Shown: positions 44,830 through 54,767 of the stretch, in pieces
Numbering within the stretch: the first letter of the stretch is position 1
How the letters are laid out: the number at the start of each line of letters is the position of its first letter
NCBI GenBank assembly: GCA_964506225.1
Contig: CAZDKH010000008.1
Location: 1,762 to 65,761 of the forward strand
Direction of reading: 5' to 3'
Length of the DNA stretch: 64,000 bases
Origin: an uncultured Gammaproteobacteria bacterium
GTDB lineage: Bacteria > Patescibacteriota > Microgenomatia > UBA8517
Made by a program: the position numbers and the translations under genes
Notes under the pieces: generated by a model
What the model was told of the DNA's origin: nothing
The model's input: the letters and a program-made list of their open reading frames with translations, nothing else
Databases searched by the model: none

Positions 44830-47382
44830 TTACCAACTAAGATTTATATAAAAATCCTTAGATAAAAGTGTATTATACTTGATACCCTCTTTTTTAGCAA
44901 AGGGTGCGTATATTTGAAGATAAATTGGGTCTTCTTTAGTTCCTGCCTGCTTCCTCCAGTAATAGGAAATCTCACCCTTGGTGGAAAAATCGACAGAGTG
45001 TTTTTGAGTCCAAGAAAAAAGAATTGTTCGCTCCTCTTTAGCTGGTACTTCCACCAAAACACCCGCCTCCCACCAGCTATTCCTGTCTTTAATTTCCGGA
45101 TCAAGCAATATCTTATCTTTACCTATAACCTCTACCTTTTTAAAAATGCTTTGTGGGTTTGTCAAAAGCCTGATATATACTTTATATCTTCCAAATAACA
45201 AATTAGTTTCCGGTGAGTCATTTTTAAGGACTATCGAAAGGTAATTGTCAATTTTCTCATTAAAAACATATGAGGATAAATTCATTGAGCGCCTGATAAA
45301 ATAATTCGCCTTATTGACACCAAGATTAGACTCTACAACGCCCAGAAAAACTGCTGTACAGTTGCCTTTGCAGCTTGGGATTTTAATGGAACCATCCCAA
45401 CCAATTTCTCTAAGGGCTTTGGCGGCGTTAGAATCATGAAAATAAAGCTGGACACTTTTGGATTGCAAGTTTTTATAAAATATACGCGCAATTTTAATAA
45501 ACCTTGCCTCATCTTTGATTTCTAAAAGATTTGCGAGAAGCGAATTTACCAGGGCAGTTAAGATATCTGCTTTTTGTCTTGAACCCGGGAAAAAATCTCC
45601 CTCGACCTCGTATTGAATTTTTTCGTAAAAGTTTTTGTGATTTAGCGTTATTTGAAAATCTTCTAGTTTTATAGGCCCGGTAATCTCAAGAAGGTCTTTG
45701 ACAATCTCTAAATCAACACCTATCACACCATCAACAGATCTTTCGAATTCTTTTTCTAAAAACCACTCTGCCCTTTTGGCTGAAGTTGGAAAATCAGCAT
45801 CCCAATTAGAATCCCGCAAATACCAATTAGCTTCGCCTAAATAACTTTTTATCGGAAGAGGTGGCTCTACGTGACCTTTCAATTGTCCGTCTGCCGTGTA
45901 AACATCATAGATACTTGTGTCTATGAGCTTTCCTTTATCTAAAGTAATTAGTGCAAAAGAGCCTATAAACCCCCCCGTTGCCCTTAATTCGGAGTTATTT
46001 TGAAAAAGAAGAAGATATGTTCTTTTGCCATTTTTACCCAAAAGTTCAGGTAGTCTTTCGCTTAGTCTTGCAAGTTGATAAATCAAGAGACGGCCTTCAG
46101 ATAAGGCAGAAGAATTAAAGTCAACGAATTTTTTCAAAAAAGGCAATTCGTCTAACTGAGTTTGTAGAAACGATGTCTGGGTATAAATATCTTTCAAACT
46201 AATAGCAGCCTTTCCGGCTAAAAGTTCTAGGTCGTAGTCTTTTTCACTCAAAATTACTTCAAAAATATTTTTGTAATATTCAAAAACTTCAAAAGCCTTA
46301 AGAGAAACAAGATAGGTTTTGTCTAAAAGATAAGTATTATTCCTAAGTGGTACAAAAATTTTTCCAATCAAGGGAGTGTAGCTATAAAAATCAAAAATTT
46401 TATAAGAAAAACTGGAGGTCAAATTCCCAAAAAAAGTAAGTGAACGGGCAAAAGAAAGTTTACCAGAAGAGGCATTAAAATAAGCTGTTGCGAGTGTAAA
46501 TAGAGAAAAAAAATATAAAGCAGACGGAAAAACCAAAAACACAAAAACTCCAATCAGAAAAAATTTAAACCTTTTTTGCAGATTAATCTTTGGAATTTCT
46601 ATCTTTACTCTTTTTACTTTTTGTCTGGTTGTAAGATATCTGTAGTGTGTGTACTTGATAAAAGAATCCAGGGCTTTCAAATGGTCTTTGTCCGCAACCC
46701 TGATATTCTTAAATGAAAAAAAGTACCCTTTTCGACCCTCAAAAACTGCCTTAAGCTCAGGGATAAAAATCTTTAATTTTTGAAAAAAAACAGTTAGCGG
46801 AATTTTTTGGGCAACAACTACAGTCTCATCTTTATTGTCAAAAGAAAAAGCAAGTTTTAAAGCAGCTCTAATAACATCTTGTAGCTTTGCAATATACAAA
46901 AATTTTTCGTCCTTAGAAAAATAAATCTTCTTTTTTCTAAAAGCTTCATATGCTGCTTTTGGTATAAAAAAATTGACATTGCCATTACTAAAGTCAATCA
47001 CTTCCCCAGCAAAAATTTCTTTTTTGTAAAGCCTGTTCTGAGAAAATTCCTTTTTAAGAATACAAATAGACTGATAATCCTTTTTGTTTTCAACTCTTAA
47101 GGGAAAAATCAATACCTTTCTTGCAATAAGGTCTTTAAGAAAACAAAAATCAAAACCAAAACTTCTTCCACCAAAACCCTGTAAAATAAAAATGTAATTA
47201 ATACGCTCAGTTAACTTATGTTTTTGGGAAACAAAAGAAATCCTATTGGCGAAGTTTAATTTTTGCCAGTTTTTAGTGTCTTTTGTTAGTGTGTAAACTT
47301 CACATCCAGAAGACAAAAGAGTTTTCACAAGCTCTTCTGATAAAGGATTGTAACTTGAAATCACCAGTGCCTTTGGCTTCAT
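44830..47382 (-). CDS. DUF4012-domain protein
   Basis: YLLLFQNNSELRATGGFIGSFA signature with an upstream TM. 850 aa. Confidence 0.6.
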   Translation of the reverse strand: MKPKALVISSYNPLSEELVKTLLSSGCEVYTLTKDTKNWQKLNFANRISFVSQKHKLTERINYIFILQGFGGRSFGFDFCFLKDLIARKVLIFPLRVENKKDYQSICILKKEFSQNRLYKKEIFAGEVIDFSNGNVNFFIPKAAYEAFRKKKIYFSKDEKFLYIAKLQDVIRAALKLAFSFDNKDETVVVAQKIPLTVFFQKLKIFIPELKAVFEGRKGYFFSFKNIRVADKDHLKALDSFIKYTHYRYLTTRQKVKRVKIEIPKINLQKRFKFFLIGVFVFLVFPSALYFFSLFTLATAYFNASSGKLSFARSLTFFGNLTSSFSYKIFDFYSYTPLIGKIFVPLRNNTYLLDKTYLVSLKAFEVFEYYKNIFEVILSEKDYDLELLAGKAAISLKDIYTQTSFLQTQLDELPFLKKFVDFNSSALSEGRLLIYQLARLSERLPELLGKNGKRTYLLLFQNNSELRATGGFIGSFALITLDKGKLIDTSIYDVYTADGQLKGHVEPPLPIKSYLGEANWYLRDSNWDADFPTSAKRAEWFLEKEFERSVDGVIGVDLEIVKDLLEITGPIKLEDFQITLNHKNFYEKIQYEVEGDFFPGSRQKADILTALVNSLLANLLEIKDEARFIKIARIFYKNLQSKSVQLYFHDSNAAKALREIGWDGSIKIPSCKGNCTAVFLGVVESNLGVNKANYFIRRSMNLSSYVFNEKIDNYLSIVLKNDSPETNLLFGRYKVYIRLLTNPQSIFKKVEVIGKDKILLDPEIKDRNSWWEAGVLVEVPAKEERTILFSWTQKHSVDFSTKGEISYYWRKQAGTKEDPIYLQIYAPFAKKEGIKYNTLLSKDFYINLSW

Positions 47383-47559
47383 ATATAAAATCTTACTTCT
47401 TTTAATTTCATTGGAGCAATAGGTTTGTGTGGAAAAATTAACTTTTTTTCAAATATTTTTTCCACCATCAATTTTATGATTTATTGAATAAATCGGTCTA
47501 TTTTCAAGTGCCAGGTTGATTTTAGCTACTTTTCAGTGACGTGAACCTTGAAACTTTTC

Positions 47560-47988
47560 TTAGGAGTATTTATCCAAAATTTTATTTACCAGCTTATCAG
47601 CATAGACATTGGAGCTTCGGGGAATACTAACAAAGCGGACTTTAACACCCAGATAATTGATTGTTCTGAATATTTTTTTTGACAAAGCAATAAGGTTTTT
47701 GTTCTTAATTTTATAATGACCATTTAATTGTCTACACACCAACTCTGAGTCCAAATAAAAAATAATGTTTTTGGCTTGAAAATTTTTTCTTTGCTCAAGT
47801 AACCAGCTTAAAGCACTAATTACTCCCAGGTATTCAGCAACATTATTTGTTTTAACTCCCAAAAACTTTGACCCTTGAGAAATAAGTTTTTTCTTTTGGT
47901 CATAAACAGCAAAAGCACATGCTGCCGGACCGGGGTTTCCCCTGGCACCACCGTCTGAATAAATGTAAATTTCATTTTGAATAAGCAT
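47560..47988 (-). CDS. rnhA: ribonuclease HI
   Basis: IYSDGGARGNPGPAA, NNVAEY and YLDSELV carry the D-E-D catalytic residue context. Confidence 0.85.
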   Translation of the reverse strand: MLIQNEIYIYSDGGARGNPGPAACAFAVYDQKKKLISQGSKFLGVKTNNVAEYLGVISALSWLLEQRKNFQAKNIIFYLDSELVCRQLNGHYKIKNKNLIALSKKIFRTINYLGVKVRFVSIPRSSNVYADKLVNKILDKYS

Positions 47989-49249
47989 TGTGTAACTTAC
48001 TCTCTACCAAAAAGGCTGCTATAAGTATTACCAATAACACTCTTGTTTGTTGGAGTGTTAACCAATAGTGATCAAAGCTGCCTGTTAAAAAAACAATTAA
48101 CAAAGGAAAAATATAACAACTTTTTTTTTCTTTGAGAATTTTAGCAAGTACACAAATAAAGTAAACCAGAAAAATAATACCAATTAAACCAAGTTCATCA
48201 GCCAAAAGAAGATAAATATTATGCACGGGTTGGAGCCACCAAAAAAAACTTGAATTTTGCAAAAAATCAAAATAGTTTTTATGGGCCGGAAGACTCTGAA
48301 TAAATACACCAAGACCACAACCCCCTAGAGGGTTTTCTAAAAATACTTTTTTGGAAACAGCAGACAAAATGAGACGCCTTTGAATATTCTCTACAAATTG
48401 ATAGTTACCTTCCAAAAGTAAATCAGAAAAAATTAACTGTGCCAAAGAAAAAATAAGTACACCCAAAGCTAATATTTTAAAAATAGGCCAAATGGTGTTG
48501 CTTTTTCCTTTTTTGGTTAAAAAAAAGACGATAACAGTTAAAATAAAGGCTCCCCAAGCGTTTTGAGAAAAACTCAAAAAAATCAATAAGATTCCTATAA
48601 AGATAAAAAGTCTTTTAAAAAAAATTTTTTCAAGGCAAAGCATCAAAAGCATTGCAGCTGCTACAAAACCGCCCATAACGTTTGGGTGTGGGAAAGTAGC
48701 ATAAGGGCGCAAAAAATCTTTACCAAAAACCTTAACTAACGCAATTCCGGGAGTTGCAATATTGAACGATCTTTCTCCCAAAAAATAAAAAATCCCTCCT
48801 ATGGTTCTGCCTTGAAAGAAATGCAGGACAGAAATAAAAAAAATAAAAATAAACCAAAAAGGAATTATAGTTCTTAGGGCCAACCTAATATTAAACCAAT
48901 TGCCATATGTGTAAATCCCGATACAAATAAGTTCTAATGCTTTTAACCAGTTATAAACCGAAGCCTGCGGGATTTTTGAATTTGTTATATTTATAAAAGC
49001 GCAAACTAAGTAAATTAAGGTTAATAAAAAAAATCTGTAAGATAAAACCTTTTTTTTGATAATTTGGCGGTTCGCAAAAACCCAAGTTAAAAAAGCCAAA
49101 CAAAATAAAATATCGGTTAAATAGATAGCTGGCGCAAGATAGTCAACTCTTATTCCATAGATTAAAGACCAGGAAGGCCAAAAATGGTAAGCAAGCTGTG
49201 TAGGTAAAAAAAATAAAAATAAATTAAAAAAAATATCTTGGAGTCTCAC
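47972..49249 (-). CDS. O-antigen ligase-like (Wzy_C) polytopic membrane protein
   Basis: At least 10 TM segments. HNIYLLLADELGLIGIIFLV resembles the Wzy_C HN-YL--L-E-G motif. Confidence 0.55.
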   Translation of the reverse strand: MRLQDIFFNLFLFFLPTQLAYHFWPSWSLIYGIRVDYLAPAIYLTDILFCLAFLTWVFANRQIIKKKVLSYRFFLLTLIYLVCAFINITNSKIPQASVYNWLKALELICIGIYTYGNWFNIRLALRTIIPFWFIFIFFISVLHFFQGRTIGGIFYFLGERSFNIATPGIALVKVFGKDFLRPYATFPHPNVMGGFVAAAMLLMLCLEKIFFKRLFIFIGILLIFLSFSQNAWGAFILTVIVFFLTKKGKSNTIWPIFKILALGVLIFSLAQLIFSDLLLEGNYQFVENIQRRLILSAVSKKVFLENPLGGCGLGVFIQSLPAHKNYFDFLQNSSFFWWLQPVHNIYLLLADELGLIGIIFLVYFICVLAKILKEKKSCYIFPLLIVFLTGSFDHYWLTLQQTRVLLVILIAAFLVESKLHNAYSK

Positions 49250-49283
49250 ACCCTATCATAAAAAAGTAATTTATAAAAAAACT

Positions 49284-49790
49284 CTATTGGTTTTTAGGCT
49301 TAACAACGAGATACCTTTCTTCCCCTTCTCCAATGGATTCGGTTGTAATATTTTTATCATCTGATAAGAAAAGATGAATCGTTCTTCGCTGTGAAGGGGA
49401 CAAATTATACAAGTTTTGAGGCTCCCCTGTCTCAAGTGCCCGTGAGGCTGCCTGACGAGCGAGTTGCTCAAGATACTCTTCAGCACGCTGTCTCCAATCT
49501 CCAACATTCACTACAACTCTTACCCACTCACCAATTTTTTGTTTCAAAGCAATACCCAGAAAATACTGAATTGCCAAAAGTGTTGTACCCCTTCTCCCAA
49601 TAAGAAGGCCCTTTTCTTTTTTGGAATTAATATTAACAAAAAGAGTCGGGCTTTCGCCTTTCTTTGTCTCTTTGGTAATACTAAATTCTACCTCTATACC
49701 CAGCTTTAAGAAAAGCTCCTTGCACAGCTTTTCAAGAATCTCTTCCAAATTAGCTACAGTCTCTTTTGAAGATTTATTTAACTTTCTCAT
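49284..49790 (-). CDS. jag: Jag/KhpB RNA-binding protein (KH + R3H)
   Basis: LLIGRRGTTLLAIQYF (KH GxxG) and SPSQRRTIHLFL (R3H). Downstream of yidC. Confidence 0.8.
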   Translation of the reverse strand: MRKLNKSSKETVANLEEILEKLCKELFLKLGIEVEFSITKETKKGESPTLFVNINSKKEKGLLIGRRGTTLLAIQYFLGIALKQKIGEWVRVVVNVGDWRQRAEEYLEQLARQAASRALETGEPQNLYNLSPSQRRTIHLFLSDDKNITTESIGEGEERYLVVKPKNQ

Positions 49791-50610
49791 ACTTGCCCGA
49801 CAATTTTAGCAGACCTACTCTTTCTAGCCAAGGGGATAGCCCGCCCCATCCTGAAACTTTATATTGACTGAAAACTTGAATTAGAGAATAAACCAACCAA
49901 TAAAGAGCAAGACCAGAGGGAAAACTCATTCCAAAGACAATGGTTAAAAGTGGGAAGGTGTATGTTGCAGAACGCTGAAAGGCAACCTGAAAATCATCCA
50001 ACTCCTCTTTAGTTTTTTTGGCAATAGCCTTTTGAGTCTCAATATAAGGACTCATCATTTTGGCCGAGATTAACTGTACAATTGCCGCAAGAATTAGCAC
50101 CGCTCCGGGCAGAGGAAAAGGAAGAAAAGAAACTTTAACTACATCTGGCTTGGCCATATCAAGATAAAGAAACTTTGTATTTATTTTTTCTTCTTGAGTA
50201 AATTTCAATGGCTCGTATAAAAGATTATTAAGTTTAACCATCACCTCGCCATTGGCGCTTAAAACACTCATAAAAACATTCAAAAAAGCAATAAGAATAA
50301 TAAGCTGTAAGATTTGAGGAAGACACCCTGTCCCCGGGTTAATTCCTTTTTCCTTGTAAAATTCTGCCTGAGCCTTAAGAAGTTTTTGCCTGTCGCCTTT
50401 GTGTCTTTTTTTAAGTTTTTCGAGTTGAGGAGCAAATTCGCGCATCTTTTTCATTGACTCCATATAGGGCTTACTCAAAGGATTTAAGATTACGCGAAGT
50501 AAAATTGAGAAGCCGATAATCGCAAGCCCCAAATTCCCTCCCAAAAGTTTGTAAAAAACGATTAGACCATTTGTCAGAGGCTGTATAAGAATAACATTAA
50601 ATATATTCAT
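49774..50610 (-). CDS. yidC: membrane protein insertase YidC (short Gram-positive-like form)
   Basis: GLAIIGFSILLRVILNPL, GCLPQILQLIILIAF and a YWLVYSLIQV C-terminal helix. Confidence 0.9.
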   Translation of the reverse strand: MNIFNVILIQPLTNGLIVFYKLLGGNLGLAIIGFSILLRVILNPLSKPYMESMKKMREFAPQLEKLKKRHKGDRQKLLKAQAEFYKEKGINPGTGCLPQILQLIILIAFLNVFMSVLSANGEVMVKLNNLLYEPLKFTQEEKINTKFLYLDMAKPDVVKVSFLPFPLPGAVLILAAIVQLISAKMMSPYIETQKAIAKKTKEELDDFQVAFQRSATYTFPLLTIVFGMSFPSGLALYWLVYSLIQVFSQYKVSGWGGLSPWLERVGLLKLSGKYEKVK

Positions 50611-50828
50611 TTAACCGGATCCCAAACCTCCTTTTTATAGTTGTGACAACGAATTATTCTTTTAATAGCTAGAATTGATCCTCCAACCACTCCATGTTTT
50701 TCAATAGATTGGTATGCATACTCCGAACACGTAGGTAAAAAACAACAACCAAAACCAAAAGCGGCATCAAATACTGGTGAAATAAAACTCTGGTAAAAAC
50801 GGATTAAGAAAAAGAAAATTTGCTTCAT
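50607..50828 (-). CDS. yidD: membrane protein insertion efficiency factor YidD
   Basis: LIRFYQSFISP...C-FLPTCSEYAYQSIEKHG...RIIRCH...DPV. Confidence 0.85.
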   Translation of the reverse strand: MKQIFFFLIRFYQSFISPVFDAAFGFGCCFLPTCSEYAYQSIEKHGVVGGSILAIKRIIRCHNYKKEVWDPVK

Positions 50829-51178
50829 AGGCTGATTTTAGCTTTCTTAAAAATCCCTGCCAACTCTTTGACAAGAATATTGCGTTTTTTAGCCTCAATT
50901 TTCTCTAATACTTCCTGGCGTACTAAGAAAATACAACTAAATCCACCCTTCAATCTAGGAATAAACTCTCTTACCAACTCTCTTAACACTCTTTTTATCT
51001 TGTTGCGCTGGCTTGCTTTTTTTGCAACCTTCTTCGAAATTACAAACCCAAAACGACTAGCTTCAGAGTCATTTCTTTGAAAAACAATTAGAGAAAAGCT
51101 TCTGGAATGGTAAATTTTACCCTGGTTTTTAACCTCATTAAATTCCTTTCTGTTAATTCGATACCTCGCACTAAACAT
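50825..51178 (-). CDS. rnpA: ribonuclease P protein component
   Basis: RFGFVISKKVAKKASQRNKIKRVLRE is the RNR motif region. ATGA/TGATG coupling on both sides. Confidence 0.85.
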   Translation of the reverse strand: MFSARYRINRKEFNEVKNQGKIYHSRSFSLIVFQRNDSEASRFGFVISKKVAKKASQRNKIKRVLRELVREFIPRLKGGFSCIFLVRQEVLEKIEAKKRNILVKELAGIFKKAKISL

Positions 51179-51318
51179 CAGGCGGTTAAGCGCTTTCTAC
51201 CTTTGAGTCTTCTTCTCTTAATTATTTTTTTACCTGATAAAAAACTACTTCTTCTGCGAAAACCAAACTTTCTTTTCCTTTTTATCTTACTTGGCTGGTA
51301 GGTTCTTTTGGTTGACAT
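51178..51318 (-). CDS. rpmH: 50S ribosomal protein L34
   Basis: Own translation from ATG 51318: [46 protein letters not shown]. The stop overlaps the rnpA ATG by 1 nt. Too short for the ORF track. Confidence 0.9.
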   Translation of the reverse strand: MSTKRTYQPSKIKRKRKFGFRRRSSFLSGKKIIKRRRLKGRKRLTA

Positions 51319-51457
51319 GGTAATGATTATACCACCATATCTTAAAAAAATAGAAGAATAAATTTACTTTTACCACAGCTAAAAATTCTCTTCATTAAAG
51401 TATTAAGTGTTGTAATTTACATTAAAATTTATTCGGTGATTTTCGGGGTTGACGAAA

Positions 51458-51466
51458 TGTGGATAA
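51458..51466. promoter_or_regulatory. perfect DnaA box upstream of dnaA
   Basis: TGTGGATAA is the reverse complement of TTATCCACA. Confidence 0.6.
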
Positions 51467-51521
51467 GTTATTTAAGATGCCATTAAACTGCCTAGCTGCC
51501 TTCACTTTAAATTAGCATAAG

Positions 51522-52886
51522 ATGACTGATAAAAATTCACTATGGCGTGAATTGATGGATAGTATAAAAGTTTCTGTTTCTCCGGCGATATTTTCAACAT
51601 GGCTCTCACAAACTCACCTTGTCAACCTAAAAAAAATTAAAGATGACAGATTTTATGTCGAGGTTGGTTGTGCTTCTTCTTTTGTGAAATCAACAATCGA
51701 AGAACGCTACTACGGCCTTATACAAGATTCTTTGGTAAAAAGCCTGGGTTGTCATTGTGATCTAGTCTTTACAGTCAAACCCTTGCCCCAACCAGCCTTG
51801 GAAAATTTATCAACCTCTCCTCTTTTTGAGAAACGCGACAAGGAAGAAGAATTAAAAAACTCTCTTGAGCGGTCAAAAATACGGTTAGGTTTTACCTTTG
51901 AGAATTTTGCTGTTTCATCATCAAACCAAATGGCCTTTGCAGCGGCTGAGGCCGTTGCCCAAAATCCCGGAAAAAGCTATAATCCTCTTTTTATCTGGGG
52001 AGGAGTGGGGGTAGGTAAAAGTCACCTTATGCTCGCCATAGGCCATGCGCTTTTAAAAAAAGACCCGGACACCAAAGTTCTCTATTCGACAAGCGAGGAG
52101 TTCACAAACGACATAATAGAGGGCATCAGAAACAAAACCACCCAAACTTTCAGGGAAAAATACAGAAAACTAAAAGCGCTTTTAATAGACGATATACAGT
52201 TTATTGCCGGCAAAGATGCTGTACAAGACGAGTTTTTCCACACATTTAATGCAGTTACTTCAGCAGGAGGACAAATAGTTTTAACTTCAGACAAACCTCC
52301 TTCAGAAATTTTTAAACTTGAAGAAAGACTAAAAAGTAGGTTTGAAGCAGGTCTTATTGTTGACATTGCACCTCCTGATTTTGAACTTCGCTGCGCAATA
52401 GTTCAGATAAAAGCTAAAGAAAGAGGAATTGATCTTTCCCCTGAGCTTGTGCAGCTTATTGCAAGTAATCTTGAAACAGCTCGTAAAATTCAAGGTCTCA
52501 TCATCTCATTAATGTCAGAAATTTCCATTAAAAAATCTCAGATAAACGAGGATCTTGTTAAAAGTCTTATCGGAAGAGGGGGAGACACTCTGACTACCAA
52601 GCCCAAAGTTAAAGACCCCAATATAGTAATAGAGTCTGTTTGTAAATATTATAAAATAAGTAGACGCGCTCTTTTAGGTGAGGCACGATCAAGAATAATC
52701 GCCCGACCTCGGCAAATTCTAATGTATCTTCTTCGCACAGAGCTTGGGCTAGCACTTGAGGAGGTTGGAAGAATTGTTAATCGCGACCACTCAACCGTCA
52801 TTCACGCTGTGGAAAGAATTACAGAACTAGCCTCAGAAAGTGTGCAAATTCGTGAGGATATGTTGGGGATAAAAAGATCTCTCTGA
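51522..52886 (+). CDS. dnaA: chromosomal replication initiator DnaA
   Basis: GGVGVGKSHL Walker A, LLIDDIQF Walker B, and a C-terminal DnaA signature (RSRIIARPRQILMYLLR...DHSTVIHA). Confidence 0.97.
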   Translation: MTDKNSLWRELMDSIKVSVSPAIFSTWLSQTHLVNLKKIKDDRFYVEVGCASSFVKSTIEERYYGLIQDSLVKSLGCHCDLVFTVKPLPQPALENLSTSPLFEKRDKEEELKNSLERSKIRLGFTFENFAVSSSNQMAFAAAEAVAQNPGKSYNPLFIWGGVGVGKSHLMLAIGHALLKKDPDTKVLYSTSEEFTNDIIEGIRNKTTQTFREKYRKLKALLIDDIQFIAGKDAVQDEFFHTFNAVTSAGGQIVLTSDKPPSEIFKLEERLKSRFEAGLIVDIAPPDFELRCAIVQIKAKERGIDLSPELVQLIASNLETARKIQGLIISLMSEISIKKSQINEDLVKSLIGRGGDTLTTKPKVKDPNIVIESVCKYYKISRRALLGEARSRIIARPRQILMYLLRTELGLALEEVGRIVNRDHSTVIHAVERITELASESVQIREDMLGIKRSL

Positions 52887-53074
52887 GGATATTTTAATAA
52901 TTACAAGCTTTTTATCTACATTTATCAACACTCTATCCACACTTTTATCAACATTTAGTAAGGTTGGTTATAAACAAAGAAGTTAAATATAAAAGAAGCG
53001 TAATAATTAACATATAAACACACTCTACTGTTACTACTACTATTTAATAAGCTTTTTTAATATACTTACAACAA
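52887..53074. other. candidate oriC: four tandem DnaA-box-like 9-mers plus an AT-rich stretch
   Basis: The boxes are TTATCTACA (52912-20), TTATCAACA (52922-30), CTATCCACA (52933-41) and TTATCAACA (52945-53). All share one orientation with 10-12 nt spacing. About 120 nt of AT-rich sequence follows, up to dnaN. Confidence 0.6.
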
Positions 53075-54175
53075 ATGCAAGTAGATGTACTTCAGGAAGA
53101 ATTAAGTAAAGCCTTACAGTTGGCTACTCGTTTTGTGAACCTTAGAGCTCAACTTCCAATTTTGGCAAATGTTGTTCTTTCAGCTCAAAAAACAAAATTA
53201 ACAATACTAGCGACAAATTTGGAAATTTCAATTGCAATTTCTCTTGGAGCAAAAGTCCAAAAAGAAGGAGCTATTGCAATTCCCGGAAAAGCACTTGCTG
53301 ATATTGTTTCAAATTTATCCACCCAAACAATAACTCTTAAATCAAAGGAGGAAAAATTAGGTATAACCTCAGAAAATTTCTCAGCGGTCATTAGCGGAAT
53401 TAATGCTGCAGATTTTCCCGAACTTGTAAAGGAGATAGATAAAAACGCAATTGAACTTCCAAAAGAAAAAATTAAAAGTGCTCTTTCGCAGGTTGTTTTT
53501 TCAACTGCCACAGATGAAGCAAGACCTATTTTAACTGGAGTTTTGTTTATTTTTTCAAAAGGTGCACTTTTGCTGGTTGCGACTGATGGTTTTAGATTAT
53601 CTTATAAGAAAATTCCTTTGCCGGCCGTCAAAAACGAACAAAAACTTATTCTGCCTAGAAATTTTATTAATGAACTATTGCGGATTTTGACAAACGAGAA
53701 TTTCAACTTAAAATTTTCGTTTCAATCTTCTGAGAAACAGGCTATTTTCGGAGTACCCAAAGCGGTAATATCCACAAGAATCATTGAGGGAGAATTTCCT
53801 GATTTTGAGAAGATTATTCCAAGAGAGTCAAAAGTAAGTATTACTCTTGATAAAGAGGAATTCTTGCGGGCTGTTAGAATTGCTTCGGTTTTTGCCCGTG
53901 AGTCCTCAAATGTTATTCAGCTTAAGATACTCAAAAATAATATTAAGGTAAGCGCGGAAAGTAGTCGTACAGGAAGCCAGGAGACAACTCTTGATGCAAA
54001 AGTAAAAGGGGAGGAGCTTACAATTTCATACAACTACCGTTTTATTGAGGAATTCTTGGCTGTTTGTCCCTCTGACGAAATTGAACTTTCGTTTTCTGAC
54101 CCAAACTCTCCCGGGGTTTTTAGAGACACAAAAGACCCAGATTTCTTGCATCTTATTATGCCAATAAGAACTTAA
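53075..54175 (+). CDS. dnaN: DNA polymerase III beta sliding clamp
   Basis: 366 aa, three-domain clamp pattern (RPILTGVLF, LVATDGFRLS, NYRFIEEFL, MPIR C-terminus). Confidence 0.95.
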   Translation: MQVDVLQEELSKALQLATRFVNLRAQLPILANVVLSAQKTKLTILATNLEISIAISLGAKVQKEGAIAIPGKALADIVSNLSTQTITLKSKEEKLGITSENFSAVISGINAADFPELVKEIDKNAIELPKEKIKSALSQVVFSTATDEARPILTGVLFIFSKGALLLVATDGFRLSYKKIPLPAVKNEQKLILPRNFINELLRILTNENFNLKFSFQSSEKQAIFGVPKAVISTRIIEGEFPDFEKIIPRESKVSITLDKEEFLRAVRIASVFARESSNVIQLKILKNNIKVSAESSRTGSQETTLDAKVKGEELTISYNYRFIEEFLAVCPSDEIELSFSDPNSPGVFRDTKDPDFLHLIMPIRT

Positions 54176-54765
54176 AACTGAGGTTGAGGAGTTTTAAAAT
54201 ATCCCTTTGCATAAGACTGAATAAAATCATCCTCTGTGGTTGCAGGAAAATACCAAACTTCCATGACCGTATTGTCAACTGGATTGCCTAAGTACGCAAT
54301 TCCATATTCAGGATAGGCATAAAGATTGATCCCGCTATTTGAATCTGGGCCATAAAGAGTTGTTGGTGCTATACCATACTCCCTTTCTATGGTACTGGGT
54401 TTCGTTTCTTCCTTGAGCGTAACAACTCGTTTTAAAAGAGTTAAAACGTTATTGATATAGTGGGCTTCATGATTTCTAGTAGGACTTTTAGAACGATATA
54501 AAACTTTTGTTACACCTTCGGAGTCAGATTCCTCAACCGGAGCACCCAACTTTTCAACAACATTATTTTTAGAGCTTTTTCCAGGGATAAGTGAATCCCA
54601 TGTTGCTTGTCTCTCCGGGGTAAAAGTAGGTGTTGGAGAAAAGCTGTTTCTTACCGTTTTAGAACTTTCAAAAGTGAAAGCCCAGTACACAAAAACTGAC
54701 ACAATAATAATTATTAGATAAGGAGTAATCTTTGAGTTTTTAATTTTTGAAAAGAAATTTCTCAT
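54172..54765 (-). CDS. membrane-anchored hypothetical protein (last gene of the T4SS-like block)
   Basis: 197 aa with N-terminal TM YLIIIIVSVFVYWAF. No recognisable motif. Confidence 0.35.
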   Translation of the reverse strand: MRNFFSKIKNSKITPYLIIIIVSVFVYWAFTFESSKTVRNSFSPTPTFTPERQATWDSLIPGKSSKNNVVEKLGAPVEESDSEGVTKVLYRSKSPTRNHEAHYINNVLTLLKRVVTLKEETKPSTIEREYGIAPTTLYGPDSNSGINLYAYPEYGIAYLGNPVDNTVMEVWYFPATTEDDFIQSYAKGYFKTPQPQF

Positions 54766-54767
54766 TC

